DNA of 32,000 nucleotides from Candidatus Peribacter riflensis (GCA_001430755.1 CP013062.1:60001-92000), one strand, 5' to 3'. Shown: positions 11,688-20,347, counted from the first letter of the stretch. Translations and numbers: made by a program. Notes: generated by a model not told the origin, from the letters alone.

Positions 11688-12446
11688 ATGCCGAAACTTT
11701 CGATTGTCCTGCCGTGCTACAACGAGGAACAGGTGGTCGCCACGACGGTGCAGCAGGTCATGCAGTGGCTGGAAACAGGGCGCAGTGATGCGGAAGTGAT
11801 TGCGGTGGACAATGCCTCCACAGATAGCACCCCGTCTGTTCTGCGTGAGCTCTGCCAGAGGTATCCGCTCCTTCGCGTCGTCACGCGTGCATGCAACGGG
11901 GGCTACGGTTCATCCGTACGTTCCGGGTGTGATGCCGCACAGGGAGAGATCATTGCCTGGATGGATGCGGACGGCCAATTCGATGTGCAGGATTTCGATA
12001 CCCTCCTTCCTCATCTCGCCTCCGTTGATTTCGTCTCGGGCATCCGCGCGAAGCGTTCTGATTCTTGGGTGCGTCTGCTGCTTGGCCGCATGTGGGACGG
12101 CGTGATCCGCATCTGCTTCGGCATCCGCGCACGCGATATCGACTGCGGCATGAAGGCGTTTCGCCACGATGTCTGGCCGCTCATCCGCCCGACCATTACG
12201 GTCGGTGACGCGTTCAATGCGGAGTTCTTCTTTCGTATCGAGCGGTGCGGTCTCACCTGGAGGCAAGAGCCGGTCCGGCACTATCCGCGTCTCACGGGAA
12301 CATCCGGGAGTGTGCGGCTGCCGGATATTCTGAGAGCGTTCAGCGAGACAACCCGGTTGTTCTTTGCAGCGCGGCTGGGCCGGTTTCGGTGCGCTGCGTC
12401 TCACGGCGGTCCTGACCTGACGATGCCTTCCTCCCTTCACACATGA
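11688..12446 (+). CDS. family 2 glycosyltransferase (dolichyl/polyprenyl-phosphate sugar synthase-like)
   Basis: LSIVLPCYNEEQVV, VDNASTDST and the DxD-type WMDADGQFD motif. The stop overlaps the rfbF start (ATGA at 12443-12446). Confidence 0.85.
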   Translation: MPKLSIVLPCYNEEQVVATTVQQVMQWLETGRSDAEVIAVDNASTDSTPSVLRELCQRYPLLRVVTRACNGGYGSSVRSGCDAAQGEIIAWMDADGQFDVQDFDTLLPHLASVDFVSGIRAKRSDSWVRLLLGRMWDGVIRICFGIRARDIDCGMKAFRHDVWPLIRPTITVGDAFNAEFFFRIERCGLTWRQEPVRHYPRLTGTSGSVRLPDILRAFSETTRLFFAARLGRFRCAASHGGPDLTMPSSLHT

Positions 12447-13267
12447 AGATCGTTCTTCTCTGCGGCGGCAAAGGCACGCGGCTTCGCGAGGAAACCGAGT
12501 TTAGGCCCAAGCCCATGGTGCCCATCGGCGGCAAGCCCATTCTGTGGCACATCATGAAAACGTTCGGCTTTCACGGGTTCTCTGATTTCGTCTGCTGCCT
12601 GGGGTACCGCGGCGAGATCATCAAAGACTACTTTCTCAACTACGAATCGATGAACAGCGATTTCACCATCACGCTCGATCGCAAGAAGCCGATTGATTAC
12701 CACGGCAAGCCGAATGAGCGGCACTTTCAGGTGACCCTGGCTGAAACGGGGGCAGACAATAACTCCGGCTCGCGCGTGAAGCAGATCGAAAAGTACGTCG
12801 ATGACGGCGATGACATCTTCATGGTCACGTACGGCGATGGCGTCGCGGATATCGACATTCCCAAGCTCCTCGCCTTCCATCGTTCCCACGGCAAGCTGGC
12901 CACGGTCACGACGGTGAATCCCGCCTCGCGTTTCGCGCTCATCCAGTTCGACGAGAGCGGCAAGGTGGTGACGTACAAAGAGAAGCCGAAAATGCACAGC
13001 TGGATCAGCGTGGGCTACTTCGTCTTCGACAAGCGTGTGTTCGACTATCTGAGCGACGCGCCCGAAAGCATGCTCGAAAAGGAGCCGCTCGAGCGTCTTG
13101 CACAAGAGGGCCAGCTGATGGCGTACAAACACGACGGGTTTTTCTACGCCATGGATACCTTCCGCGACTTCACCTTCCTCAATGACCTCTGGAACCAGAG
13201 CAATGCCCCGTGGGCGGTCTGGGACCAGGAACGTCATGGTTCCTCCACGCTCGATGTCAGCCTCTGA
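12443..13267 (+). CDS. rfbF: glucose-1-phosphate cytidylyltransferase
   Basis: [39 protein letters not shown] is the canonical RfbF N-terminus. The 274-aa length is typical. Confidence 0.92.
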   Translation: MKIVLLCGGKGTRLREETEFRPKPMVPIGGKPILWHIMKTFGFHGFSDFVCCLGYRGEIIKDYFLNYESMNSDFTITLDRKKPIDYHGKPNERHFQVTLAETGADNNSGSRVKQIEKYVDDGDDIFMVTYGDGVADIDIPKLLAFHRSHGKLATVTTVNPASRFALIQFDESGKVVTYKEKPKMHSWISVGYFVFDKRVFDYLSDAPESMLEKEPLERLAQEGQLMAYKHDGFFYAMDTFRDFTFLNDLWNQSNAPWAVWDQERHGSSTLDVSL

Positions 13268-14255
13268 CCGATCCGCCTTCTGGCGCGACCAGCCCGTCCT
13301 CGTGACGGGCGGGACCGGCTTTGTGGGTTCCTGGCTTGTGGCACGGCTTCTGGAGCTTGGGGCGCACGTGGTCTGTCTGGTGCGCGACTGGGTGCCCGAG
13401 TCGGAGCTGATGCACTCCGGAGCCGTGAAGCGCGTGACACTGGTCCGCGGTGATCTGTGCGATGGAGCGCTGCTCGAACGCATACTTTCTGAGTATCAGA
13501 TCGATACGGTGTTTCATCTGGCGGCGCAGGCGATCGTGGGCGTGGCGAACAAGAGTCCGGTGCCGACCTTCCATGCCAATATCGAGGGCACGTGGCTGCT
13601 GCTGGAGGCCTGCCGGCGCACGGGGGTGAAGTCCATTGTCACTGCGTCTTCGGACAAGGCCTACGGCGAGCACGACGTGCTGCCCTACACTGAGTCGATG
13701 GCCCTACAGGGGCGACACCCGTACGACGTGAGCAAATCGTGTGCCGATCTGATCGCGCAGAGCTATGCCGCATCCTTTGGGCTTCCCGTCGCCATCACGC
13801 GGTGCGGCAACTACTTCGGGGGAGGGGACCTGAACTGGAACCGCGTCGTGCCGGGCACGCTGCGATCCCTTCTGCACAATGAGCGTCCCAGTCTGCGTTC
13901 CGACGGCACGTTCGTACGCGATTACCTGTACGTGGAAGACGGCGTCGAGGCATACCTGCTGACGGCGGAGAAGCTCTCCGTTTCACCCGATCTCAAGGGA
14001 CAGGCATTCAACTTCTCGTACGGCACGCCGCTCTCGGTGCTGGATGTGGTGCAGAAAATCACTGCCCTGATGGGTTCTGACCTAAAGCCCGACATCCGCA
14101 ACGAGGCCTCAAATGAGATTCCACGTCAGTATCTGGATTCCTCCAAGGCGCGGAGCGTGCTTCAGTGGGCGCCGCGCTTCGGATTCGACGACGCCATGCG
14201 GCGCACCATCCAGTGGTACCGTGACTATTTCTCGCGGAATGCTTCCGCCTCCTGA
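13254..14255 (+). CDS. rfbG: CDP-glucose 4,6-dehydratase
   Basis: [22 protein letters not shown] (NAD-binding), SSDKAYG and YDVSK (YxxxK). Start chosen at ATG 13254, which overlaps the rfbF stop. ATG 13236, with agga 5 nt upstream, is an alternative. The track start 13182 is probably too long. Confidence 0.9.
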   Translation: MSASDRSAFWRDQPVLVTGGTGFVGSWLVARLLELGAHVVCLVRDWVPESELMHSGAVKRVTLVRGDLCDGALLERILSEYQIDTVFHLAAQAIVGVANKSPVPTFHANIEGTWLLLEACRRTGVKSIVTASSDKAYGEHDVLPYTESMALQGRHPYDVSKSCADLIAQSYAASFGLPVAITRCGNYFGGGDLNWNRVVPGTLRSLLHNERPSLRSDGTFVRDYLYVEDGVEAYLLTAEKLSVSPDLKGQAFNFSYGTPLSVLDVVQKITALMGSDLKPDIRNEASNEIPRQYLDSSKARSVLQWAPRFGFDDAMRRTIQWYRDYFSRNASAS

Positions 14256-14259
14256 GCAC

Positions 14260-15279
14260 ATGAAACTCACTCCTTCAGAGGTGTTCACATCGGCGCAGGA
14301 ACAACATGCGTCCGATGTGCACGTGGCGGCGGGGTACCCCGTGCTGCTGCGCATCGACGGCGCTCTCTCGCCGCTCTCTGCAGAGAAGATGACCGCCGAA
14401 GCGGCCGAGGAATTCGTGCGCGCGGTGCTCGGCAAGGCGCAGTGGGAGCGCTTGATCCAGGACCGCGAGATCGACGTCTCGTTCGTTTCGGAGAGCGGGG
14501 TGCGCCTGCGCGTGAACTGTCACTTCGAGCGCGGACGCCCGGGGCTCGTGGCGCGCCTCATCCCCGTTGCCATCCCTTCGCTCGCCGAGGTCGGGCTGCA
14601 AGGCATGATCGAACCCTTCTGTGAGCTTCAGAACGGGCTCATCCTGCTCACGGGGCCGACAGGATCGGGCAAATCCACATCACTGGCGGCGATGCTGCAG
14701 CACATCAATCAAACCCGGGCCGCGAGTGTCGTCACGCTCGAAGACCCCATCGAATTTGTCTTTCCGCAGGGCAAGTGCGTCATCCGCCAGCGCGAACTGC
14801 ACTCCGACTTCACCTCGTTCCCCGAGGCGCTGCGCCACGTGCTGCGGCAGGACCCCAATGTGGTGATGGTGGGCGAGATGCGCGATCTCGAGACCATCGC
14901 GGCAGCCCTGACCCTGGCCGAGACGGGGCACCTGATCCTCGCCACGCTGCACACACCCAATGCCGTGCAGACCATTGACCGCATCATCGATGTCTTCCCT
15001 CCGCATCAGCAATCGCAGATTCAGTCACAACTCTCGCTCTCGCTCAAAGCCGTCATCGCCCAGCGGCTGGTGCCATCGGCAAAGGGCGGCCGCACAGCGG
15101 TGCGCGAGATTCTCATGAATACGCCGGCCGTGGCCAACATCATCCGCGATCACCGGCTGCAGGAGCTGCCCTCGGTGCTGCAGACAGGCGGCGAAGCCGG
15201 CATGCGCACGTTCCAAAAAGATGCCGAGCGGCTCGTGAAAGAGGGCATGATCACGAAGGAAGTGGCGAAGGGGGTGTGA
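14260..15279 (+). CDS. pilT: PilT-family type IV pilus retraction / twitching ATPase
   Basis: ASDVHVAAGYPVLLRIDG, Walker A GPTGSGKST, TLEDPIEF, VVMVGEMRDLETI, TGHLILATLHT. ATG 14260 lies 4 nt after the rfbG stop; the track start 14113 overlaps rfbG. Confidence 0.92.
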   Translation: MKLTPSEVFTSAQEQHASDVHVAAGYPVLLRIDGALSPLSAEKMTAEAAEEFVRAVLGKAQWERLIQDREIDVSFVSESGVRLRVNCHFERGRPGLVARLIPVAIPSLAEVGLQGMIEPFCELQNGLILLTGPTGSGKSTSLAAMLQHINQTRAASVVTLEDPIEFVFPQGKCVIRQRELHSDFTSFPEALRHVLRQDPNVVMVGEMRDLETIAAALTLAETGHLILATLHTPNAVQTIDRIIDVFPPHQQSQIQSQLSLSLKAVIAQRLVPSAKGGRTAVREILMNTPAVANIIRDHRLQELPSVLQTGGEAGMRTFQKDAERLVKEGMITKEVAKGV

Positions 15280-15284
15280 GATTG

Positions 15285-15376
15285 CGTGGAAGGACAACCT
15301 GCGGTTTTCCTTCCGCGGACCATCCTTGCCCTTCAATGGTTGCGCTCCACCCCGCAACAAGTGCGGGGTTCGCGCA
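15285..15376 (+). repeat. two-hairpin structured element, copy 1 (divergent; terminator-like, 5 nt after the pilT stop)
   Basis: Hairpin 1: cgtggaagg-acaacc-tgc-ggtttt-ccttccgcg (15285-15317). Linker gaccatccttgcccttcaatggt. Nested hairpin: tgcgc-tcca-ccccgca-acaag-tgcgggg-ttc-gcgca (15341-15376). Same architecture and apical sequence as copies 2 and 3. Confidence 0.6.
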
Positions 15377-15427
15377 GTTGTTTCATTTCAGGCACGATAC
15401 ACGTTTTGTTCTGTCCACTTCTTTGTT

Positions 15428-15485
15428 GTCATCCTGAGCGGCATCTCCTTGCCATCCCGGCGTCACCCATTGGTCATCCCGAGCG
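15428..15485 (+). repeat. two degenerate direct copies of gtcatccYgagcg
   Basis: gtcatcctgagcg at 15428-15440 and gtcatcccgagcg at 15473-15485, in the pilT / 167-aa-gene intergenic region. Confidence 0.4.
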
Positions 15486-15556
15486 CAGTCGAGGGGTGGT
15501 GAATAGGGCGCAAATCGCACTCCGTCGCACAATCATGTCCTCGTGCATTGTTTGTT

Positions 15557-16060
15557 TCACTTCAGCCACGATGCGAATTTTTCAGGAGCAGGCAGGATAG
15601 CAAGGAATTCCTTGAGGAGAGGCAGGAGTTTTGCCTTGTCTGCCTCAGAGGGTTCTTCTCCGGTGATACCCATTTCGTCGGAAAGGTTCTCGATCTTTCC
15701 GGCGAGTGCGCAGAACTCCAAAATTTTTGGGTGGAAGGGGCAACGTTTGGCGATGGCCCGAAAGCGGACTCCTCCGGCGTGGAAGGGGAGGAAAATGGTG
15801 GAAAATGAGCCTTTGACTGGCTGCATGAGGCTTGCGATCGGCCGTCTCTGGTCCAGAGACTTCACTACTTCGGCAATATCTCGTTGGCATTGTGTTTGCA
15901 CAAACAGATGCTCGAACGCTTCGAGCAGGTCTTGCTTGAACAGTTGTGCATTCTGCACATTCTCTGATGGAGGAGAAGACTCAGTCATCCAAGATAGTAT
16001 GATAGCAAAATGTTGGGGGAGTGGCTGCAAGGCATCACTCCCCCGGGACGAATGGAGCAC
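15557..16060 (-). CDS. hypothetical protein
   Basis: 167-aa ORF with protein-like composition. GTG start at 16060, 3 nt after the upstream 62-aa gene stop; ATG 15988 is an alternative. No motif recognised. Confidence 0.5.
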   Translation of the reverse strand: MLHSSRGSDALQPLPQHFAIILSWMTESSPPSENVQNAQLFKQDLLEAFEHLFVQTQCQRDIAEVVKSLDQRRPIASLMQPVKGSFSTIFLPFHAGGVRFRAIAKRCPFHPKILEFCALAGKIENLSDEMGITGEEPSEADKAKLLPLLKEFLAILPAPEKFASWLK

Positions 16061-16063
16061 AGG

Positions 16064-16252
16064 TCAGTCCTGGTGCTGCTTGATCAGATTGCCTTCGGCA
16101 TCGAAGATAAAGTGGTAGCCACCAATCTTCCGGTTCGAGACGATCTCGCCCGAACCACGATCGTAGGTGAAGAAGCTCTCGTCGACATCTTCACGGACGA
16201 TCTCGCGTACCTTGGATCTGATCCGATTCATCACCTGCCAAGGAACCGCCAT
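16064..16252 (-). CDS. small hypothetical protein (62 aa)
   Basis: ATG 16252 is preceded on the minus strand by ggagg with a 6-nt spacer (ggaggtttccaATG). Sequence MAVPWQVMNRIRSKVREIVREDVDESFFTYDRGSGEIVSNRKIGGYHFIFDAEGNLIKQHQD is non-repetitive. Confidence 0.65.
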   Translation of the reverse strand: MAVPWQVMNRIRSKVREIVREDVDESFFTYDRGSGEIVSNRKIGGYHFIFDAEGNLIKQHQD

Positions 16253-16373
16253 TGGAAACCTCCATTCAGAAAAGGGAAGGAACGTATGGAGCGATGTGCT
16301 CCGACATCACAGTGAAACTCCTTGGATTTTCCTGATAGAGCATCCACAAATGATTGTTCCAGTGAGTGTTTAT

Positions 16374-16397
16374 ATTTTGGCTTACCTAAGCCAAAAT
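16374..16397. promoter_or_regulatory. perfect 11+2+11 bp palindrome, candidate operator
   Basis: attttggctta-cc-taagccaaaat, abutting a tatatt hexamer (16371-16376). It lies in the divergent region between the 62-aa gene and the TrmB-like gene. Confidence 0.45.
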
Positions 16398-16518
16398 CAG
16401 ACGTTCTGCACCTGCATGGAACGCCCTGACCGAACCTGTGTGGCGCAGGGCCGGACAAAACATGAAGGTGTCCTAAGCGCTTTACACAGCCAAAAATTCG
16501 GGTAGAGTGCAAGTTTGC

Positions 16519-18780
16519 ATGACTGACCTCCCCGCCAGCATCGAGGCGTATCTTACGGAAGCAGGATTCTCTGCGACCGAGCTCCTGGTGCTCAAAAAGC
16601 TCCTCGAGGGCGAGGCGCTGACACTCAGGGAACTGGCCGCCAAAACGGGCAAATCGACGGGGGTTCTGGATCTCGCCGTGAAGAAGCTCCTCAGCCGCCG
16701 CATCATCAGCCGCGAGATGGTGAATGACACGCCCAAGATGCTCCTCAAGTCTCTGGATGCGGTCATGAAGTGGGTGAAGGACGATACCGAGGAGAAGCTC
16801 AAAGCCATGAAGAGCCGTGCCCTGGACTTCGAATCGTTCATTGCGTCGCTCAAGCGCGAGAGCAAGCGGCCCGAGATGGAGTACTTCGAGGGCGAGGAGG
16901 GCATCAAGAAGGCCTACATGAAGCTCCTGGAGGTTTCTGTGAAGGAGTTTCTGCACTACCGCCCCGTCACGATGAAGGAGGAGGAAGACCCGTTGGCGGC
17001 CTTCCGCGTGCAGTACTTCCGCGAGCGGCACAAGCGGAGCATTTTCTCGCGCGTCCTGGCGCCCTCCACCTCTCTCGGGCGGCGCTTTCAGTCGCGCGAC
17101 GTGTTCGAGTATCGCGAGACACAGCTCATCAAAGACGAGGAGTTCCCCATCACGTTCGAAAAGATCATCGTCGGCGAGACGGTGGCGTGCTTCAACCATG
17201 CGGAGCAGCGCGCGTGCTTTCTCAAGTATCCCGAATTGGCGCACACCGAACGCACCATGTTCGAGCTGCTGTGGCGCCGTGCCAAAGAGCCGCCCACGCA
17301 GCCGCAGACCGTGGCTCTCACCCTCCCGCAATCTTCCCAGCCGGTGATCTCTTTGAGCACGCGGTCACTCTCGAGCCTGCGTGAGTTCTTCTTAAGCCGC
17401 AATAGCGTGGCGCTCTTCTTTGGGGGTGCCGTGCTGGCTGCGGGCATTACCTATGGGCTGTGGTGGCATACGTATAATTTGAATCGCGAGCGGGTGCGGG
17501 AACGGGCCATGGCGATTGCCGCCACTGCCGCCATGGAGTTTGATGCCAGAGACATCGAACAGCTTCGTACGAAGGAGGATGTGAAGAAGCCGGAGTTTAT
17601 GAAGCTCGTGACGCACCTGCGCGAGATCAAGACACGCAATGAGAACATCCGATTTGTCTACATCGATCGTCCCATTGAGGCGAAGGACGCATCATGGGCA
17701 GTGGTTGCAGATGCCGATTACGGCACGCCGGATGAGGATCTGGACGGGGACGGTATTATCGAGGATTTTGAGCAGCTCACTATGCCCGGGCAGATCTATC
17801 CACATGTGGATCCGCTCTTTCAGGAGCGACTCCATAGACCGGCCGCAGACTTTCTCAGTGACGAATGGGGTGCATACTGCGATGCATCAGCTCCTATTTT
17901 CGATGCGGAAGGGAAGGCCATAGCTGTTCTTTTCGTCGATATCGATCTGCAGCAGGTGCGGGATCTCACTTCACAGTCATTCAAGGTAGCCTATGTCTTC
18001 CTTGGGCTTTTCCTCTTTTTCGTCTTCATCCGTCTCGCGGCCTTCAATCGGCCGCTTTTCTTTGAGTTGCTCAAGGTGTTGCGATCTAGGGGAGTGCTGA
18101 TGATTTTGGGGGTGTGTGCGCTGATTTCGCTTGGGGTGACGTGGGGGATGTATCGGTATAGCTACAATCTCAATCTCCAGCGTGTACGTGAGCAGGTAAC
18201 GGCAATCGCTGCAACCGCTGCACCAGAGTTTGATGTGGAAGACTTGGATCAGCTTCATACGTGGCATGATGTTGAAAAAACCGTTTACAAAAAAGTGGTG
18301 GCACAGCTGCAGGATATTCGGAAGAGAAATGCGACGGTGAGATATGTCTACATATTGCGGGCAACGGATGATCCGTATTTCTACGAGTTCGTGGCAGATG
18401 CAGATTCACTCAATATTCGATCATTTTCAGATTTTTCCGAAGATGGACTGAGGAATGACATCAGCCCACCTGGATATTCATATTATGATTATGAGGGAGT
18501 CAAATCCTCACTTATGAAGGCTATGCATGAACCATTTGCAGATCATCAGATGGTTTACGATTTATGGGGAGAATGGATTTCGGGGCATGCGCCTATTAAA
18601 GACAAGAATGGCAAAATGAATGCAATTATTGGAGTTGATGTAGATGCGAGTAAGGTTGACGCCCTATCAAGGCAGGCATTCTCACCAATTTTTCTGTTTG
18701 CCAGCCTGTTTTCTCTTTTGGTTTTTGTACGATTTATCACATTCGTGAGTCCGCGATTTATAAAACATCTTCGGAGATAA
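16519..18780 (+). CDS. TrmB-family HTH regulator fused to two tandem TM-bounded extracytoplasmic (Cache/PDC-like) sensor domains
   Basis: N-terminus LTEAGFSATELLVLKKLLEGEALTLRELAAKTGKSTGVLDLAVKKLLSRRIISRE (wHTH), followed by a TrmB-type effector-like region. Four hydrophobic segments (~17401-17470, ~17986-18045, ~18091-18150, ~18687-18745) bracket two homologous ~170-aa domains that share FD..D(I/L)(E/D)QL, (I/V)R(F/Y)VYI, (F/V)VADAD, WG, API.D..GK and VD(I/V)D. ATG 16519 preferred over GTG 16507. Confidence 0.8.
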   Translation: MTDLPASIEAYLTEAGFSATELLVLKKLLEGEALTLRELAAKTGKSTGVLDLAVKKLLSRRIISREMVNDTPKMLLKSLDAVMKWVKDDTEEKLKAMKSRALDFESFIASLKRESKRPEMEYFEGEEGIKKAYMKLLEVSVKEFLHYRPVTMKEEEDPLAAFRVQYFRERHKRSIFSRVLAPSTSLGRRFQSRDVFEYRETQLIKDEEFPITFEKIIVGETVACFNHAEQRACFLKYPELAHTERTMFELLWRRAKEPPTQPQTVALTLPQSSQPVISLSTRSLSSLREFFLSRNSVALFFGGAVLAAGITYGLWWHTYNLNRERVRERAMAIAATAAMEFDARDIEQLRTKEDVKKPEFMKLVTHLREIKTRNENIRFVYIDRPIEAKDASWAVVADADYGTPDEDLDGDGIIEDFEQLTMPGQIYPHVDPLFQERLHRPAADFLSDEWGAYCDASAPIFDAEGKAIAVLFVDIDLQQVRDLTSQSFKVAYVFLGLFLFFVFIRLAAFNRPLFFELLKVLRSRGVLMILGVCALISLGVTWGMYRYSYNLNLQRVREQVTAIAATAAPEFDVEDLDQLHTWHDVEKTVYKKVVAQLQDIRKRNATVRYVYILRATDDPYFYEFVADADSLNIRSFSDFSEDGLRNDISPPGYSYYDYEGVKSSLMKAMHEPFADHQMVYDLWGEWISGHAPIKDKNGKMNAIIGVDVDASKVDALSRQAFSPIFLFASLFSLLVFVRFITFVSPRFIKHLRR

Positions 18781-18848
18781 TTAAACTCAAGGATTTAGCT
18801 TTCAATATTGGCTTTATTGATTACATTGTTCTGAACATTAAGTGCAAA

Positions 18849-19817
18849 TTACTTTCCAAGAACGTAAGAGAAAATTAATGGAGCAACAATTGTTGCATCG
18901 GAATTGATCACAAAACTTGGAGTGTTCTTGGTGACTTTGTGCCAAGTGATCTTCTCTTTCGGAGTACAGCCAGAATAGGAACCGTAAGATGTAGTAGAGT
19001 CAGTAATCTGAGCATAATATGCCCAATGGGGACATTCCTTGCCCAAATCTAGAAGAATACAAGGCACACAACACAGGGCAAAATCTCCGGCAGTACCACC
19101 ACCGATTTGGAAAAAACCAACAGATGATTTTTTGCTTATTTCCTGATACCACTGCATCAAGTGTGCGAACTGTTCTGTGCCGTGTCTGATTGCAGCATGG
19201 CTTCGGATAGTTCCATCCATTACACGAGCAGCAAAAATGTTGCCCAAAGTTGAATCTTCCCAACCAGGGGAGTAGATCGGAATTTTCTTTTCCCATGCCG
19301 CAGCCATCCAAGAATGCGCAAAAGGTACCTGATTAATGTTATTTAGAAATCCCTCATCAAACAGCCGGAAGAGATACTCGTACGGGAAGTGGTGTTCTTC
19401 TTTTTTTGCAGCTTCTGCCCAGTATTCAATAAGTTTGTTTTCTACTTTTCGCATGACATTTTCTGGAATACATACATCAGTGACGCGATTCATGCCACGG
19501 TCGCGCAAGGCCTCCTCATCATCGGGCGTGAGATTGTCATAATCTGGAACCATTTCATACTCGTTATGAGCGATAAGGTTGAAGATGTCCTCTTCCAGAT
19601 TTGCAGCTGAGCAGGAAATAGCATGAATCTTGTCTTCCCGGATCATTTCTGCAAGTGAAATGCCGATTTCGGCCGTACTCATTGCTCCTGCCATAGCAAG
19701 GAACATTTTCCCTCCTTTCTTTTCATGGTCTACCCATGCCCGCGCAGCCCGCAGCGTTGTAAACGCGTTGAAGTGCTTGAAGTTTTCTTCCATAAATGAG
19801 GAGATTGGCTTCGGCAT
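18849..19817 (-). CDS. deoxyhypusine synthase family protein (homospermidine-synthase-like)
   Basis: 322 aa. RDRGMNRVTDVCIPENVMRKVENKLIEYW matches the DHS INRIGN..VPNENY region. FFQIGGGTAGDF matches the GGG loop. The C-terminal YSGCTPKEKITWHKV keeps the catalytic-Lys context (SWGK in eukaryotic DHS). Confidence 0.85.
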   Translation of the reverse strand: MPKPISSFMEENFKHFNAFTTLRAARAWVDHEKKGGKMFLAMAGAMSTAEIGISLAEMIREDKIHAISCSAANLEEDIFNLIAHNEYEMVPDYDNLTPDDEEALRDRGMNRVTDVCIPENVMRKVENKLIEYWAEAAKKEEHHFPYEYLFRLFDEGFLNNINQVPFAHSWMAAAWEKKIPIYSPGWEDSTLGNIFAARVMDGTIRSHAAIRHGTEQFAHLMQWYQEISKKSSVGFFQIGGGTAGDFALCCVPCILLDLGKECPHWAYYAQITDSTTSYGSYSGCTPKEKITWHKVTKNTPSFVINSDATIVAPLIFSYVLGK

Positions 19818-19885
19818 GATTTATTGGGAACTATTGCAAATGATAGAACTCGAATACTAGTTTGCAACTTCCAAATTAGTATTAA

Positions 19886-20347
19886 TCACAGGATCTGTTG
19901 CATTTGTTCTACTTTCTCTCCAGATCCTCGGATATCCAGTACTGATCGTTTGTCACCCGAAGAATTATGGGAATTGATTGCACGATTTATAAAAGTGGCC
20001 TGCCACAAACCTAAAGGTAGGTGCTTTGTTAACGTGATCAGCGCCACCTTCCAGTCAAATCCTTGGCAGCTATATATATCCATGTGAATATGTGGTTGCC
20101 CATTTGGTTCATCGAAATAATGACCAGAGATGTGGCTTGTTGTAATTGGTTGTAGGAATGACCAACCAGGTGCGAGAAGATCGGTTGCAGGATAGATTTC
20201 CAATGGACCGAGCTTCTTCATTTTTAATGTACTCAGCAAATCTTCAATGAGTGCGTGAATCATTTTCTCATTTTCTGAGTTATCGAATGGCTTTAGCAAA
20301 TGTGCATCCAAGATAAAATGGTGATGAAGCAGAGCAATACTAGACAT
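19886..20347 (-). CDS. S-adenosylmethionine-decarboxylase-fold (SpeH-like, pyruvoyl) protein, divergent paralogue 1
   Basis: GWSFLQPITTSHISGHYFDE...HIHMDIYSCQGFD aligns by eye with the prokaryotic AdoMetDC core (..VVISESHLTIHTWPE...IDLFTCG). ATG 20347 has ggagaa 11 nt upstream. The track start 20383 is a TTG. Confidence 0.72.
   Translation of the reverse strand: MSSIALLHHHFILDAHLLKPFDNSENEKMIHALIEDLLSTLKMKKLGPLEIYPATDLLAPGWSFLQPITTSHISGHYFDEPNGQPHIHMDIYSCQGFDWKVALITLTKHLPLGLWQATFINRAINSHNSSGDKRSVLDIRGSGEKVEQMQQIL

Noticed and set aside
12437-13483. 348-aa minus-strand ORF
   Set aside because: It is antisense to rfbF/rfbG, whose identities are unambiguous.
15286-15600. 104-aa plus-strand ORF across the pilT downstream intergenic region
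   Set aside because: It is made up of the structured element and the gtcatccYgagcg repeats, so it is a translation artefact of repeat DNA.
16231-17331. 366-aa minus-strand ORF
   Set aside because: It is antisense to the TrmB-like N-terminal region and overlaps the SD-supported 62-aa gene start. The sequence is Leu/Arg/His-rich and lacks motifs.
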